Shown here in pieces: positions 20,701 to 26,993 of a DNA stretch of 64,000 nucleotides. Both the position numbers and the translations under genes were made by a program. The stretch is taken from contig CAZLVC010000003.1 in the NCBI GenBank assembly GCA_964562885.1, positions 10,427 through 74,426 of the forward strand. The letters are read 5' to 3'. The notes under the pieces are model-generated. The model was not told the origin of the DNA. It did no database searches and saw nothing but the letters and a program-made list of their open reading frames with translations. The stretch is from an uncultured Candidatus Peribacteria bacterium (GTDB taxonomy: Bacteria; Patescibacteriota; Gracilibacteria; Peribacterales; Peribacteraceae). Numbering within the stretch: position 1 is the stretch's first letter; every line of letters starts with the position of its first letter.

Positions 20701-22041
20701 AGAGCCAATGGGTGTCGTACCTTCATCTGTATACACGGTTCCTCCAAGGCTATAACACGGACCACCATCAGTAATCGTCCAATTTTTAGGAGCACTTGTA
20801 AGTATTGCCCGAGCTGAGGCAGCACAATATTGCGATGCTCCACCATGGAAAGGTACTGCCGTCTGCACAGCCTGCGCACTCCAGCTTGTAAGCAAAGCAT
20901 CGTAATTAACAACAGACAGCGTAGCACTACTAAGGAAGAGGGACGCCGTCGTAACGTCTGCTACGTCCCAACCCGCCAAATTCTGATTGAAAGCGAGTGC
21001 GCCAGCAAACATGCTATTTAAATTTGTGGCACTCGATGTATTCCAAGAACCAATTGGCTGGTTAAAATTGGTTGCACCATTAAACATTTGTGTAAATAAT
21101 GTTACATTCGAGGTGTCCCACGCACTAATATCCTGATTAAATGCGCTAGCAGATGCGAAAACGCTCGTCATATCCGTCACGCCAGATACGTCCCAGCTAC
21201 TAAGGGGTTGATTAAAGGCAGTTGCTCCTTGAAATATACCATTCATAGTCGTCACACTGGAGGTATTCCACGTATTGAGTGGTTTATTGAAGGCCGTAGC
21301 ATTTGCAAACATCGAGCCAATATTAGTCAACGAACTTGTGTTCCAAGTACTGATGTCTTGATTGAAGCCTGAAAGCGAGAACATAGCAGACATATTCGTG
21401 ACATTAGTCGTATCCCACGCGCCAATATTTTGGTTGAAGAGCGTGGCACCCCGAAACATCCCTGACATATTTGTAATGGTGCTTGTATTCCACGTATTCA
21501 TCGCTGCATTAGTGGTGAGAGCCGAGGCACTGCGAAACATCTGAGAGAGGCTGGTAGCAGCAGAAAGATTTGGTGTGTCAGTTGCTGTCACGGTCAAATT
21601 GCTGCAACCATAAAAAGCATCTACCATCGATGACCATGCGCCAGTACCCCACTGAGCTATGGTTAACACCTTCCGCCTATCACCAAGATTCGCGAAAAAA
21701 ATACGTGGAAAAGTGCCAGTAATAGCGACAGTATATGTACCCGCAGTTGCATAAGTACAAGTGTAATTCCCTACTTGTCCCGTCGCTTCATTCACTCCGT
21801 CATCATTACAATCCACACTATAGTTATATCCAACCCCAGCAGTAGGAATAGTAAATTGTGTGCTCGTACTCGTACCAGGGTTATCGGTCTTCACTGTCAT
21901 CACAAACGCCGATGCGCCATAAGACCGTGCGACTGGCACGTTATGGAACAAAACAATAAAAGATGTCACCATAAATGTGAGGAAAATCCAACCACTTTTA
22001 TTACGTTGACCTGTAAGAATCTGATGTTTGTAATGAAGCAT
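14719..22041 (-). CDS. Giant (2440 aa) modular cell-surface protein: DUF285/BspA-type repeats, beta-helix-like region, 11 Ig-like modules, C-terminal SLH-like anchor
   Basis: One uninterrupted ORF with an N-terminal hydrophobic anchor. It has FNQ-I--W[ND]TS-VT-M--MF repeats, a G/T/N-rich middle and 11 PDLQSGSDTG...TPTF...C..G.TV.LYSGATLLG.G.C modules. The C-terminus has ...FSDLTSAHRRFEIIRQAAFLEVVTGYGDGTFRPDQTITRAEF (SLH-like). Confidence 0.85.
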   Translation of the reverse strand: MLHYKHQILTGQRNKSGWIFLTFMVTSFIVLFHNVPVARSYGASAFVMTVKTDNPGTSTSTQFTIPTAGVGYNYSVDCNDDGVNEATGQVGNYTCTYATAGTYTVAITGTFPRIFFANLGDRRKVLTIAQWGTGAWSSMVDAFYGCSNLTVTATDTPNLSAATSLSQMFRSASALTTNAAMNTWNTSTITNMSGMFRGATLFNQNIGAWDTTNVTNMSAMFSLSGFNQDISTWNTSSLTNIGSMFANATAFNKPLNTWNTSSVTTMNGIFQGATAFNQPLSSWDVSGVTDMTSVFASASAFNQDISAWDTSNVTLFTQMFNGATNFNQPIGSWNTSSATNLNSMFAGALAFNQNLAGWDVADVTTASLFLSSATLSVVNYDALLTSWSAQAVQTAVPFHGGASQYCAASARAILTSAPKNWTITDGGPCYSLGGTVYTDEGTTPIGSGRTVRLLINGSSALTTLTTSTGAYYFAAPKFGNNDIITVHLDGAELGVTVTRGSTANITNLHIYQDRLIVRSETVAALTHANLNTANDGDPEITAIYADGASFVTGTDKKLIVWTGKQFTPGVPLDLNGGVRIQAGGNLTAAANAITVGGTTQATSEFINLGSFSSTAGTSLTFDGTSPIQMLRFGAAAANSNIIVANTVGVVTLSGGVALNASSRTITIQPSATLFINGQNISIGTLSNNGTFRLRGSETLTFVNDIDSGTFEYRGDGDGLADNFNVANFGINDFYNLRIASADTNDTFRAIAGTTMLGSFEVTQGTYNSNNFATTVTGVVTISGGTYNGSTVLQTHNSNLMISGGVVSGSNFDVNGALILSSGSMSVTTSLLLAGDFTHTGGTFTPSTSTVTLDGCNQTKTGSTTFYSLSKNEASNDATDCTLTLDHSAVQTVTNTLSLRGLDADDRLNIVSNSGGNQADFLLSGASANLGAIRVFLDITDNAITKTGGSAAVFPVNPSNSINGGNTMNWFTASAPVVTNVTSSTTNGTYGLGQVISVQITFDTSVTVTGIPRILLETGATDRYATFVSGSPGTTLTFQYTVQAGDVTADLDATATTSLELNGGTINATTGGTPATLTLASPGVAGSLGNNKGIVIDGNIPAAPGTPDLLSGSDTGGSNTDNVTTDTTPTFDIACETGATVQLYSGAILLGSGTCVAGTVNITSPFLVAGVYPITATQTDAAGNISVSSSALSVTITTASTAPGTPDLQSGSDTGSSPSDDLTNDTTPTIDVSCTAGATVEILSGATLLATGTCSVGGTISLTVTPPLVDGTYSITARQDTGGGFSPLSSVLTITIDATPPVITGAPDLQSGSDTGSSSTDNATSDDTPTFDIVCVTGTTVSLYSGATLLGTGSCVGGTVSITSVSLSSSTYTFTALQTDTAGNSSPTSGSLVVIIDTGVPAAPGTPDLQAGSDTGISPTDNATSDTTPSFTITCETGTTVELYAGVLLVESGTCVAGTVTITLPSGLSDGSYSFTALQRDSIGFTSPSSAGLIVIIDGTPPISPSLPDLQSGSDTGTSSIDNITSDTTPTFDVTSCEPGAIVRLLSGATIVASGTCTAGGTVTLIVSPALADGVYPLMIDQQDPAGNISPAAGPLSITIDTTPSAAPGITSPTVVDTVNNPTIVVGTCVTGETVQVSSPSLVSSVTGSCVAGTFSIPVTWNGGTTGSNTITVKQFDPAGNQSPTATVVVTVDIQPPLGTPDLDSGSDTGVSNSDNITADTTPTFNITCTVGATVDIMSGATLLASGVCPGTATIALTITTDLGEGSYTINSRENAGPLSTSFTFTVIDTVAPSAPGTPDLSPDTDGGDLDTDDITNDDTPTVSVSCEAGTIVTVYEGATALGSATCVSGVASVTLSTLMNGLHTLTAKQEDPAGNVSSTSGGLPVTIDTLSPSAPGTPDLQSGSDTGASTTDNVTTDATPTFDVSCESGATVRLYSGATLLGTGVCTGGTVSITSSTLIDGSYTFTVTQTDVAGNLSPTSSALIVTIDTAPPGVPGTPDLDSSSDTGSSSTDNLTNDSTPLVTLNCESTRTVSIYSGTTLLGTGTCVAGSASITLSTLIDGHYTLTAIQYDTLGNGSPVSGGLTIQVDLIAPVTPSVPTTNNSLTDTPMFSGTCSTGDLISIYDGAIAVGSAACIGGLYNITVSTLSRGTHTISALATDLAGNNSSFTIPASYISGGTSISGGGGGGSRRYGAPGSFTSVSTLTPSSPVEEVNGQGMFSNTEIQAFANRLQGVEFPSTDYQGKCIDHLDIKKLLAADIPYTDVGKSSWYFHPIQLLTKGEVVHGMRDTQGKSLYRFEPERVVNYAEGAAMLFRAAKEPLRPDPIGDRWYEPYIEQAEAYGLSQYLDATEPYQELTRAVAVPLVLTASCLSPKVPESFMMSFSDLTSAHRRFEIIRQAAFLEVVTGYGDGTFRPDQTITRAEFGAMILRALKVRYALQVLQ
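15520..18745 (-). repeat. Eleven tandem coding modules of about 290-300 bp (Ig-like domains) inside the giant gene
   Basis: The protein motif [PS]DL[QDL]SGSDTG.S.[TS]D[ND].T.D.TPTF recurs every 95-100 aa (nine clear copies and two divergent), each with a conserved Cys pair. Boundaries are approximate. Confidence 0.8.
20930..21580 (-). repeat. About 8-9 tandem ~75-bp coding repeats (DUF285/BspA-type) inside the giant gene
   Basis: Repeating ...MF.[GN]A.[AL]FNQ.[IL]..W[ND][TV]S.VT.M... units of about 25 aa. Boundaries are approximate. Confidence 0.7.
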
Positions 22042-22048
22042 GCCTGTA

Positions 22049-22054
22049 AGTATA
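22049..22054 (-). promoter_or_regulatory. Candidate -10 box (TATACT) 7 nt upstream of the giant-gene ATG
   Basis: The minus strand reads CGTATACTTACAGGCATG. No GGAGG-like SD is present, and the spacing is compatible with a leaderless or very short-leader mRNA. No convincing -35 was found. Confidence 0.3.
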
Positions 22055-22119
22055 CGAAAAAAATCTCAAGACTATTAGAGAAACCATTCGTAAAGATATT
22101 GCTTTGTTTCTATTTGGTG

Positions 22120-22145
22120 GGCGAGAGATACATTACTCTCTCGCC
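22120..22145. promoter_or_regulatory. Perfect 9-bp stem hairpin/palindrome between pyrC and the giant gene
   Basis: GGCGAGAGA (22120-22128) / TCTCTCGCC (22137-22145) with an 8-nt loop. No U-run on either strand. Confidence 0.3.
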
Positions 22146-22238
22146 ACTTTGCAAAGGATGATCCAATCAATCTTTATAGCACACTCAAGTCATCCTTTTT
22201 ACACCGATACCCTCCTTATTTTTCACCTTTCGGCTGCA

Positions 22239-23570
22239 CTAATCTAAAATAATTCTCTCAATTCCGCCCTGCAGCTTCCACCCTTCATACGGGGTCCATC
22301 CACATTTACTGTGAAGATTCCTCGCATGAAGGACGGTCTCTACTGCAGGATTAAGTATCACAATACGAGCGCGAGCACCTTGTTCAATGGGAGGCTGCAT
22401 CAACGAAAAAATGCGATTAGGATTATCAAAGCAAAGACGTAAAATATCTTGCACTGCAAATGGAGGAGGCTTCAATTTTGCTTGTGGATGTGGCCAGTGA
22501 CCTAGTGCAACTGATAAAAGTAATGGAAGCATCGTCTGAACTCCGGGCACTCCACTTGGTGACTTTAGGGGCTCACCAGAACGTTTTTCTTCAAGCGTAT
22601 GTGGAGCATGATCGGTACTGATACAATCGACCGTACCATCCGCAACACCCTCCCACAGAGCCTTTTGATGAATTGATGAACGAAGTGGAGGATTCATTTT
22701 CGCAAGAGACCCAAGCGTCGCATAATCATCTTCTGTTAAAAACAGATGATGAGGTGTCACCTCACACGTCACTGGCAAATTTTGAGCTTTTGCTGACCGA
22801 ACAAGTTGAACTCCTTGAGAAGTCGACAAATGAGCGATATGAAGCGCGGCACCTGTCTTTTCGACTAATGCAATGGCGTCCGTGATAGATTTTGCCTCCG
22901 ATTCGGGTGGACGCATGCGCGAATGGAGCGCGACATTTTGAGGAAGGGACAGACACTGAAGCGCAGCAGCCTCGTTCATCGTTGGATCTTCACAATGAGC
23001 AATAATGGGTATACTCAATGCTGCGCATCGCTCAAATACTTCGGCGATAATCGATTGATCGATTTTTTGATTACCTGTGGAATGATCGAAATATAATTTA
23101 ACTCCCGCACAGTGATGTTTTAATCGTCGTAATTCTAAGGAAGTACCAGACCATAGGTCGCAAAGAGCCTGTAAATGTATTGCCTCTGTAACACCGAAGT
23201 AAAATTTTAATGTGCACCCATCAATATACTCGGCTCGGCGAACTTTATCGGCAAGTGCAGCAATGGTCACAGTGGGGGGGATGGTATTGGGCATCTCGCA
23301 CACACATCCAATGCCTCCCGCAAGGGCAGAGGCTGCTTCAGTCTGCATTGTGGCCTTGTGTTCTAAACCCGGTTCACGAAAGTGTACATGACAATCAATA
23401 AGTAATGGGAGAAGAATTTTATGCGAAACATCCAGAACCTCTGTATCACGATGATCTGTAATAGATGGTTTAATCTCGGCAATCTTGCCGGTGATATCAA
23501 TAAGAATGTCTTGCTTTAGTAGACCATCGCCTGTGACAACTGAACCACCGGTGAGAAGTGTTTTTTTCAT
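22239..23570 (-). CDS. pyrC: Dihydroorotase
   Basis: LIDCHVHFREPG metal-binding motif, later HAEDP-like (AHCEDP), and DHAPH (STDHAPHTLEEK). Confidence 0.9.
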   Translation of the reverse strand: MKKTLLTGGSVVTGDGLLKQDILIDITGKIAEIKPSITDHRDTEVLDVSHKILLPLLIDCHVHFREPGLEHKATMQTEAASALAGGIGCVCEMPNTIPPTVTIAALADKVRRAEYIDGCTLKFYFGVTEAIHLQALCDLWSGTSLELRRLKHHCAGVKLYFDHSTGNQKIDQSIIAEVFERCAALSIPIIAHCEDPTMNEAAALQCLSLPQNVALHSRMRPPESEAKSITDAIALVEKTGAALHIAHLSTSQGVQLVRSAKAQNLPVTCEVTPHHLFLTEDDYATLGSLAKMNPPLRSSIHQKALWEGVADGTVDCISTDHAPHTLEEKRSGEPLKSPSGVPGVQTMLPLLLSVALGHWPHPQAKLKPPPFAVQDILRLCFDNPNRIFSLMQPPIEQGARARIVILNPAVETVLHARNLHSKCGWTPYEGWKLQGGIERIILD

Positions 23571-23593
23571 GAAAGAGAACGATAAAAAATTGC

Positions 23594-24511
23594 CTATGCT
23601 TTCCCTAGGAGAAGTGCAAGCAGTGCCATGCGAATAAGGACTCCATTTCCTGCTTGCCGAAAATACGCAGCATTTGGCAGAGAATCGACATCGGTAGCTA
23701 TTTCACCAACGCGCGGTAGCGGATGAAGAACAATGATTTTTTTACCTTTCACATGCTTCGCTTCTAAAACGTACTGTAGCTTTAGTCGTTCATACTCACT
23801 TTTATCGGCAAAACGCTCTTGTTGTACGCGTGTCATATACAGCACATCGCAATCAAGGGCATCTTGAAGATTTTCAGATTCGGTAAAGGGAATATTTTTT
23901 TCATGAAGAAAGCTAGTCACCTTTTCAGGCATGGTGAGTTCTTTTGGCGATACAAATGTACAACGTATATTGTCGTACAATCCTAAAAGATAGCTGAGTG
24001 AATGTACCGTGCGACCGTACCGTAAGTCGCCAACCATCGCAATGTGGAGGCCATCTATTTTTTTACACTCACGCTTAATAGTAAATAAATCGAGCAGTGC
24101 CTGAGTCGGATGTTGACCGGGTCCATCGCCTGCATTGATAAAAGGAACAGCACTGGCACTTGCTGCAATGTCGGCACTTCCTTGATCGGGGTGACGCATG
24201 GCAATAATATCCGCATACTGCCCGACCATTTCCATCGTATCTTCAATGGTTTCACCTTTATAAAGCGAACTGAATTGAATCCCTTCAGCGGTTAGAACAT
24301 CACCACCTAGGCGATACATTGCCGACTCAAAACTTAAACGGGTTCGCGTACTTGGCTCATAGAAGAGTGATGCTAAGATCTTCCCCTCTAAAAGATTGGA
24401 CTTTCCTTTTTTACGGACTTCTTCCATGTATTCCGCAACACGAAAAACTTCTTCCGTATCAACTCGTGTTAGTTGCTTAGTAGAAGTAAAGTGTTTAAAA
24501 GGTAGTGGCAT
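23594..24511 (-). CDS. pyrB: Aspartate carbamoyltransferase catalytic subunit
   Basis: FYEPSTRTRLSFE, HPTQALLD and HPLPRV signature motifs. Confidence 0.92.
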   Translation of the reverse strand: MPLPFKHFTSTKQLTRVDTEEVFRVAEYMEEVRKKGKSNLLEGKILASLFYEPSTRTRLSFESAMYRLGGDVLTAEGIQFSSLYKGETIEDTMEMVGQYADIIAMRHPDQGSADIAASASAVPFINAGDGPGQHPTQALLDLFTIKRECKKIDGLHIAMVGDLRYGRTVHSLSYLLGLYDNIRCTFVSPKELTMPEKVTSFLHEKNIPFTESENLQDALDCDVLYMTRVQQERFADKSEYERLKLQYVLEAKHVKGKKIIVLHPLPRVGEIATDVDSLPNAAYFRQAGNGVLIRMALLALLLGKA

Positions 24512-24619
24512 TTCAAGATGAAAGTATACTACAAAGGAGAAAAAGAAGCTAGAAATTCATGCCATTCATAAAGAAAAAGATGTAGGATAATTTGGAAAAA
24601 AAAGCAGCTCACTTTTTCT

Positions 24620-26098
24620 ATGCCAACAAAAAAAATTACGACATCGGTCTTCTGGCAAATAGCAAGCCAAGCAACCATGGCGATACTCTCCGCAGTATCC
24701 GTTAAGTTTGTTGCGATTGGACTAAGTAAAGAGCTCGCGGGTAATTACAACTCGGCATATAGCTACCTACAAATTTTCGCAATTCTTGCAGATTTTGGGT
24801 TGTATGCAGTTTCAGTGCGAGAGGTAAGCACTGCAAAAGATAAAGAAAAAACACTAGGAACCCTGCTAGTTCTGCGCACAGTAATAACCTGTTTATCGCT
24901 AGGACTTGGGGTAAGTATTGCGTGGTTTATTCCTGCATGGCAAAGCGCACCGCTACGAATAGGAGTGATGATAGCAGCATTCGTGCCATTCTTCACGCTG
25001 CTCGCCGGCGTCCTGCGCACAATTTTTCAAGTCCAATACAAAATGCACTATGTTTTTATCGCAGAAGTATCGCAGCGCATTTTCACCACAGGTGGAATGG
25101 CACTTATTATTTTTTTGGGAATTCGATCGAGTACAAGTGTCATCATCTATGAAGTATTTATCGGCATTGGAGCAATTGGTGCTTTGGTACTTTTTATCCT
25201 TTCATTGATATTTTCAAAAAAGCTGGCGTCAATAAAGCCAGTATTCGATACAAAGGAAATAGTTGCCCTCTTAAGGAAGTCTGTCCCGTATGGAAGTGCT
25301 TTTTTCTGTATGGCACTGTATCGCCAATTTGACCTCACACTTATTGCACTTTTACGACCAGATTTCGAGGTGCAAAATGCAGAGTATGGCTTTGCATTAC
25401 GTATTGCCGAAATGGCGTATCTTGTGCCTACGTTTCTCTTAAATTCTGCGCTGCCACTATTAAGCGAACGCGAAAATGAGCAAAAGGACACTCGAGTATT
25501 GATGGGGAAAATTTTCCTTGTAGTCCTTCTTCTTGGGTCCATCTCTTCGCTCTTTGCATTCTTCTGGAGTACGCCAATTATGGAACTGCTTACAACTAAA
25601 TCATATTTACGAAGCACAACTCAATTTGGTGCAGATTCCGCACTTAAACTCCTTAGTATCCCCATGTTCCTTAATGGCATCGTCCAATGCTGGTTTTATA
25701 TTTTACTGACAACTCATCGTTGGCGTCCGCTAGTACAAGCTATGATCTGCGCGGCATTACTATCAGTACTCCTTAATATTTTTTGGATTCCAGTAGACGG
25801 ATTTATCGGCGCAATACGCACTTCATCTATTGTGCATCTCTTTCTAAGTATTACGCTCCTGCCTTTTGCCATACAGAGCATGCCCATGAAAGTATCAACA
25901 TCTTTGATAATTCGATGGATACTTTTTAGTGTGATGCTTGGATTAATCCTCTGGCAGGTTGCACCGTTATTGGAGAGTGGAATCATGTCGTTCATCGGAC
26001 TCTTTGGTGGGGGAATAATGACACTTTTTCTCATCTATCTCCTAAAATTTCATCAACTTATTCAAAGTCCTAAAGAAGAGATCGAATTTCAGAGATAA
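24620..26098 (+). CDS. Polysaccharide/oligosaccharide flippase (Wzx/MOP superfamily) membrane protein
   Basis: 492-aa ORF with about 12-14 hydrophobic helices and an N-terminal pattern typical of Wzx-like flippases. The family call rests on topology and general resemblance only. Confidence 0.65.
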   Translation: MPTKKITTSVFWQIASQATMAILSAVSVKFVAIGLSKELAGNYNSAYSYLQIFAILADFGLYAVSVREVSTAKDKEKTLGTLLVLRTVITCLSLGLGVSIAWFIPAWQSAPLRIGVMIAAFVPFFTLLAGVLRTIFQVQYKMHYVFIAEVSQRIFTTGGMALIIFLGIRSSTSVIIYEVFIGIGAIGALVLFILSLIFSKKLASIKPVFDTKEIVALLRKSVPYGSAFFCMALYRQFDLTLIALLRPDFEVQNAEYGFALRIAEMAYLVPTFLLNSALPLLSERENEQKDTRVLMGKIFLVVLLLGSISSLFAFFWSTPIMELLTTKSYLRSTTQFGADSALKLLSIPMFLNGIVQCWFYILLTTHRWRPLVQAMICAALLSVLLNIFWIPVDGFIGAIRTSSIVHLFLSITLLPFAIQSMPMKVSTSLIIRWILFSVMLGLILWQVAPLLESGIMSFIGLFGGGIMTLFLIYLLKFHQLIQSPKEEIEFQR

Positions 26099-26162
26099 AA
26101 AATCAATAATTGCTTTTATTGAAATGATAAATGAGTACAATACCCTACTAAAGCCCACCATT

Positions 26163-26609
26163 ATGCGTTGCCCACGATGCAAATTTGAAGATACGGCCGT
26201 CATCGACTCTCGACTTGCAGAGGATGGAAGAACCATACGCAGGCGTCGGGAGTGTACGAAATGTGATCATCGTTACACGACCTTTGAAAGACAGGAATTA
26301 GCATCGCTCATTGTGGTTAAACGAGATAGTACACGCGAGCCTTATAGTCGTAGTAAGTTAGAACGAGGTATTTGGCTGGCATGTACCAAGCGACCAGTGT
26401 CGCAAAAAAATATTGATACGATGCTGTCAGATTTAGAAGAAAAATGGGGGAAAAATAAAGAAGAAGTGGAAAGCACGACCATCGGAAAAGATGTAATGAA
26501 TGCCCTGCATAAATTAGATAAAGTAGCCTATATTCGCTTTGCTTCCGTGCACCGAGAATTTAAAGATGTTGAAGAATTCAAGGAGGAATTAGGAAGGCTG
26601 TTTACGTAG
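26163..26609 (+). CDS. nrdR: Transcriptional repressor NrdR
   Basis: MRCPRCKFEDTAVIDSR...RRRECTKCDHRYTTFE zinc ribbon followed by an ATP-cone. The ATG at 26163 gives the canonical N-terminus. Confidence 0.9.
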   Translation: MRCPRCKFEDTAVIDSRLAEDGRTIRRRRECTKCDHRYTTFERQELASLIVVKRDSTREPYSRSKLERGIWLACTKRPVSQKNIDTMLSDLEEKWGKNKEEVESTTIGKDVMNALHKLDKVAYIRFASVHREFKDVEEFKEELGRLFT

Positions 26610-26713
26610 AAATAAAACTAACTATAAATAGAACACTTATACTTCTTTTTGAAATAACAACAATAGCTCTTATTAAAGGACAATAGGTACCGTTAGGAAA
26701 GTGGAGGGAGATT

Positions 26714-26809
26714 GAGGGAGGAGGAAATCCTTTACAGGACTAACTGATAATCCTTTCGCTTCGCTCAAGAGCTTATCAGTGTGAGCCGAACAAGGTGTAC
26801 TCCTCCCTC
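26714..26809 (+). promoter_or_regulatory. Nested inverted repeats in the 384-nt nrdR-aspS spacer
   Basis: GAGGGAGGAG (26714-26723) / CTCCTCCCTC (26800-26809) encloses ACTGATAA (26743-26750) / TTATCAGT (26773-26780). A further perfect 10-bp hairpin TCTATTGATT/AATCAATAGA lies at 26902-26927. Confidence 0.4.
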
Positions 26810-26993
26810 AAGAAGAAAAAATGAAAAATTACGACAAAATAAGACACCTAGTTTATTGTTTTAACGATCGGAATGAAGAATCTAATGGTAGAGTGACAAA
26901 CTCTATTGATTCAGCTAAATCAATAGAAGCTTATGAGACTATGCTATTATAGAGATAAGAAAATACTGAATTCTATCCACTTTCTTTTTTTCC

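Noticed and set aside
15520-21580. CRISPR array or non-coding tandem repeats.
   Set aside because: The periodic sequence is in frame within one ORF and encodes recognisable protein modules. No short direct repeats with unique spacers occur anywhere in the window.
23274-23280. G7 homopolymer (C7 on the coding strand) inside pyrC as a possible phase-variation or frameshift site.
   Set aside because: The frame is intact and encodes an ordinary ...IPPTV... segment of a housekeeping enzyme. There is no evidence of slippage.
26610-26993. T-box riboswitch upstream of aspS.
   Set aside because: Only a weak resemblance (AATAGGTACCGTTAGG at about 26681-26696) to the T-box consensus AANNNGGGTGGTACCGCG. 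I found no AGAGA/GNTGGA stem I features, no Asp specifier in a recognisable loop, and no terminator with a U-run before the ATG. It is kept only as an unexplained structured spacer.
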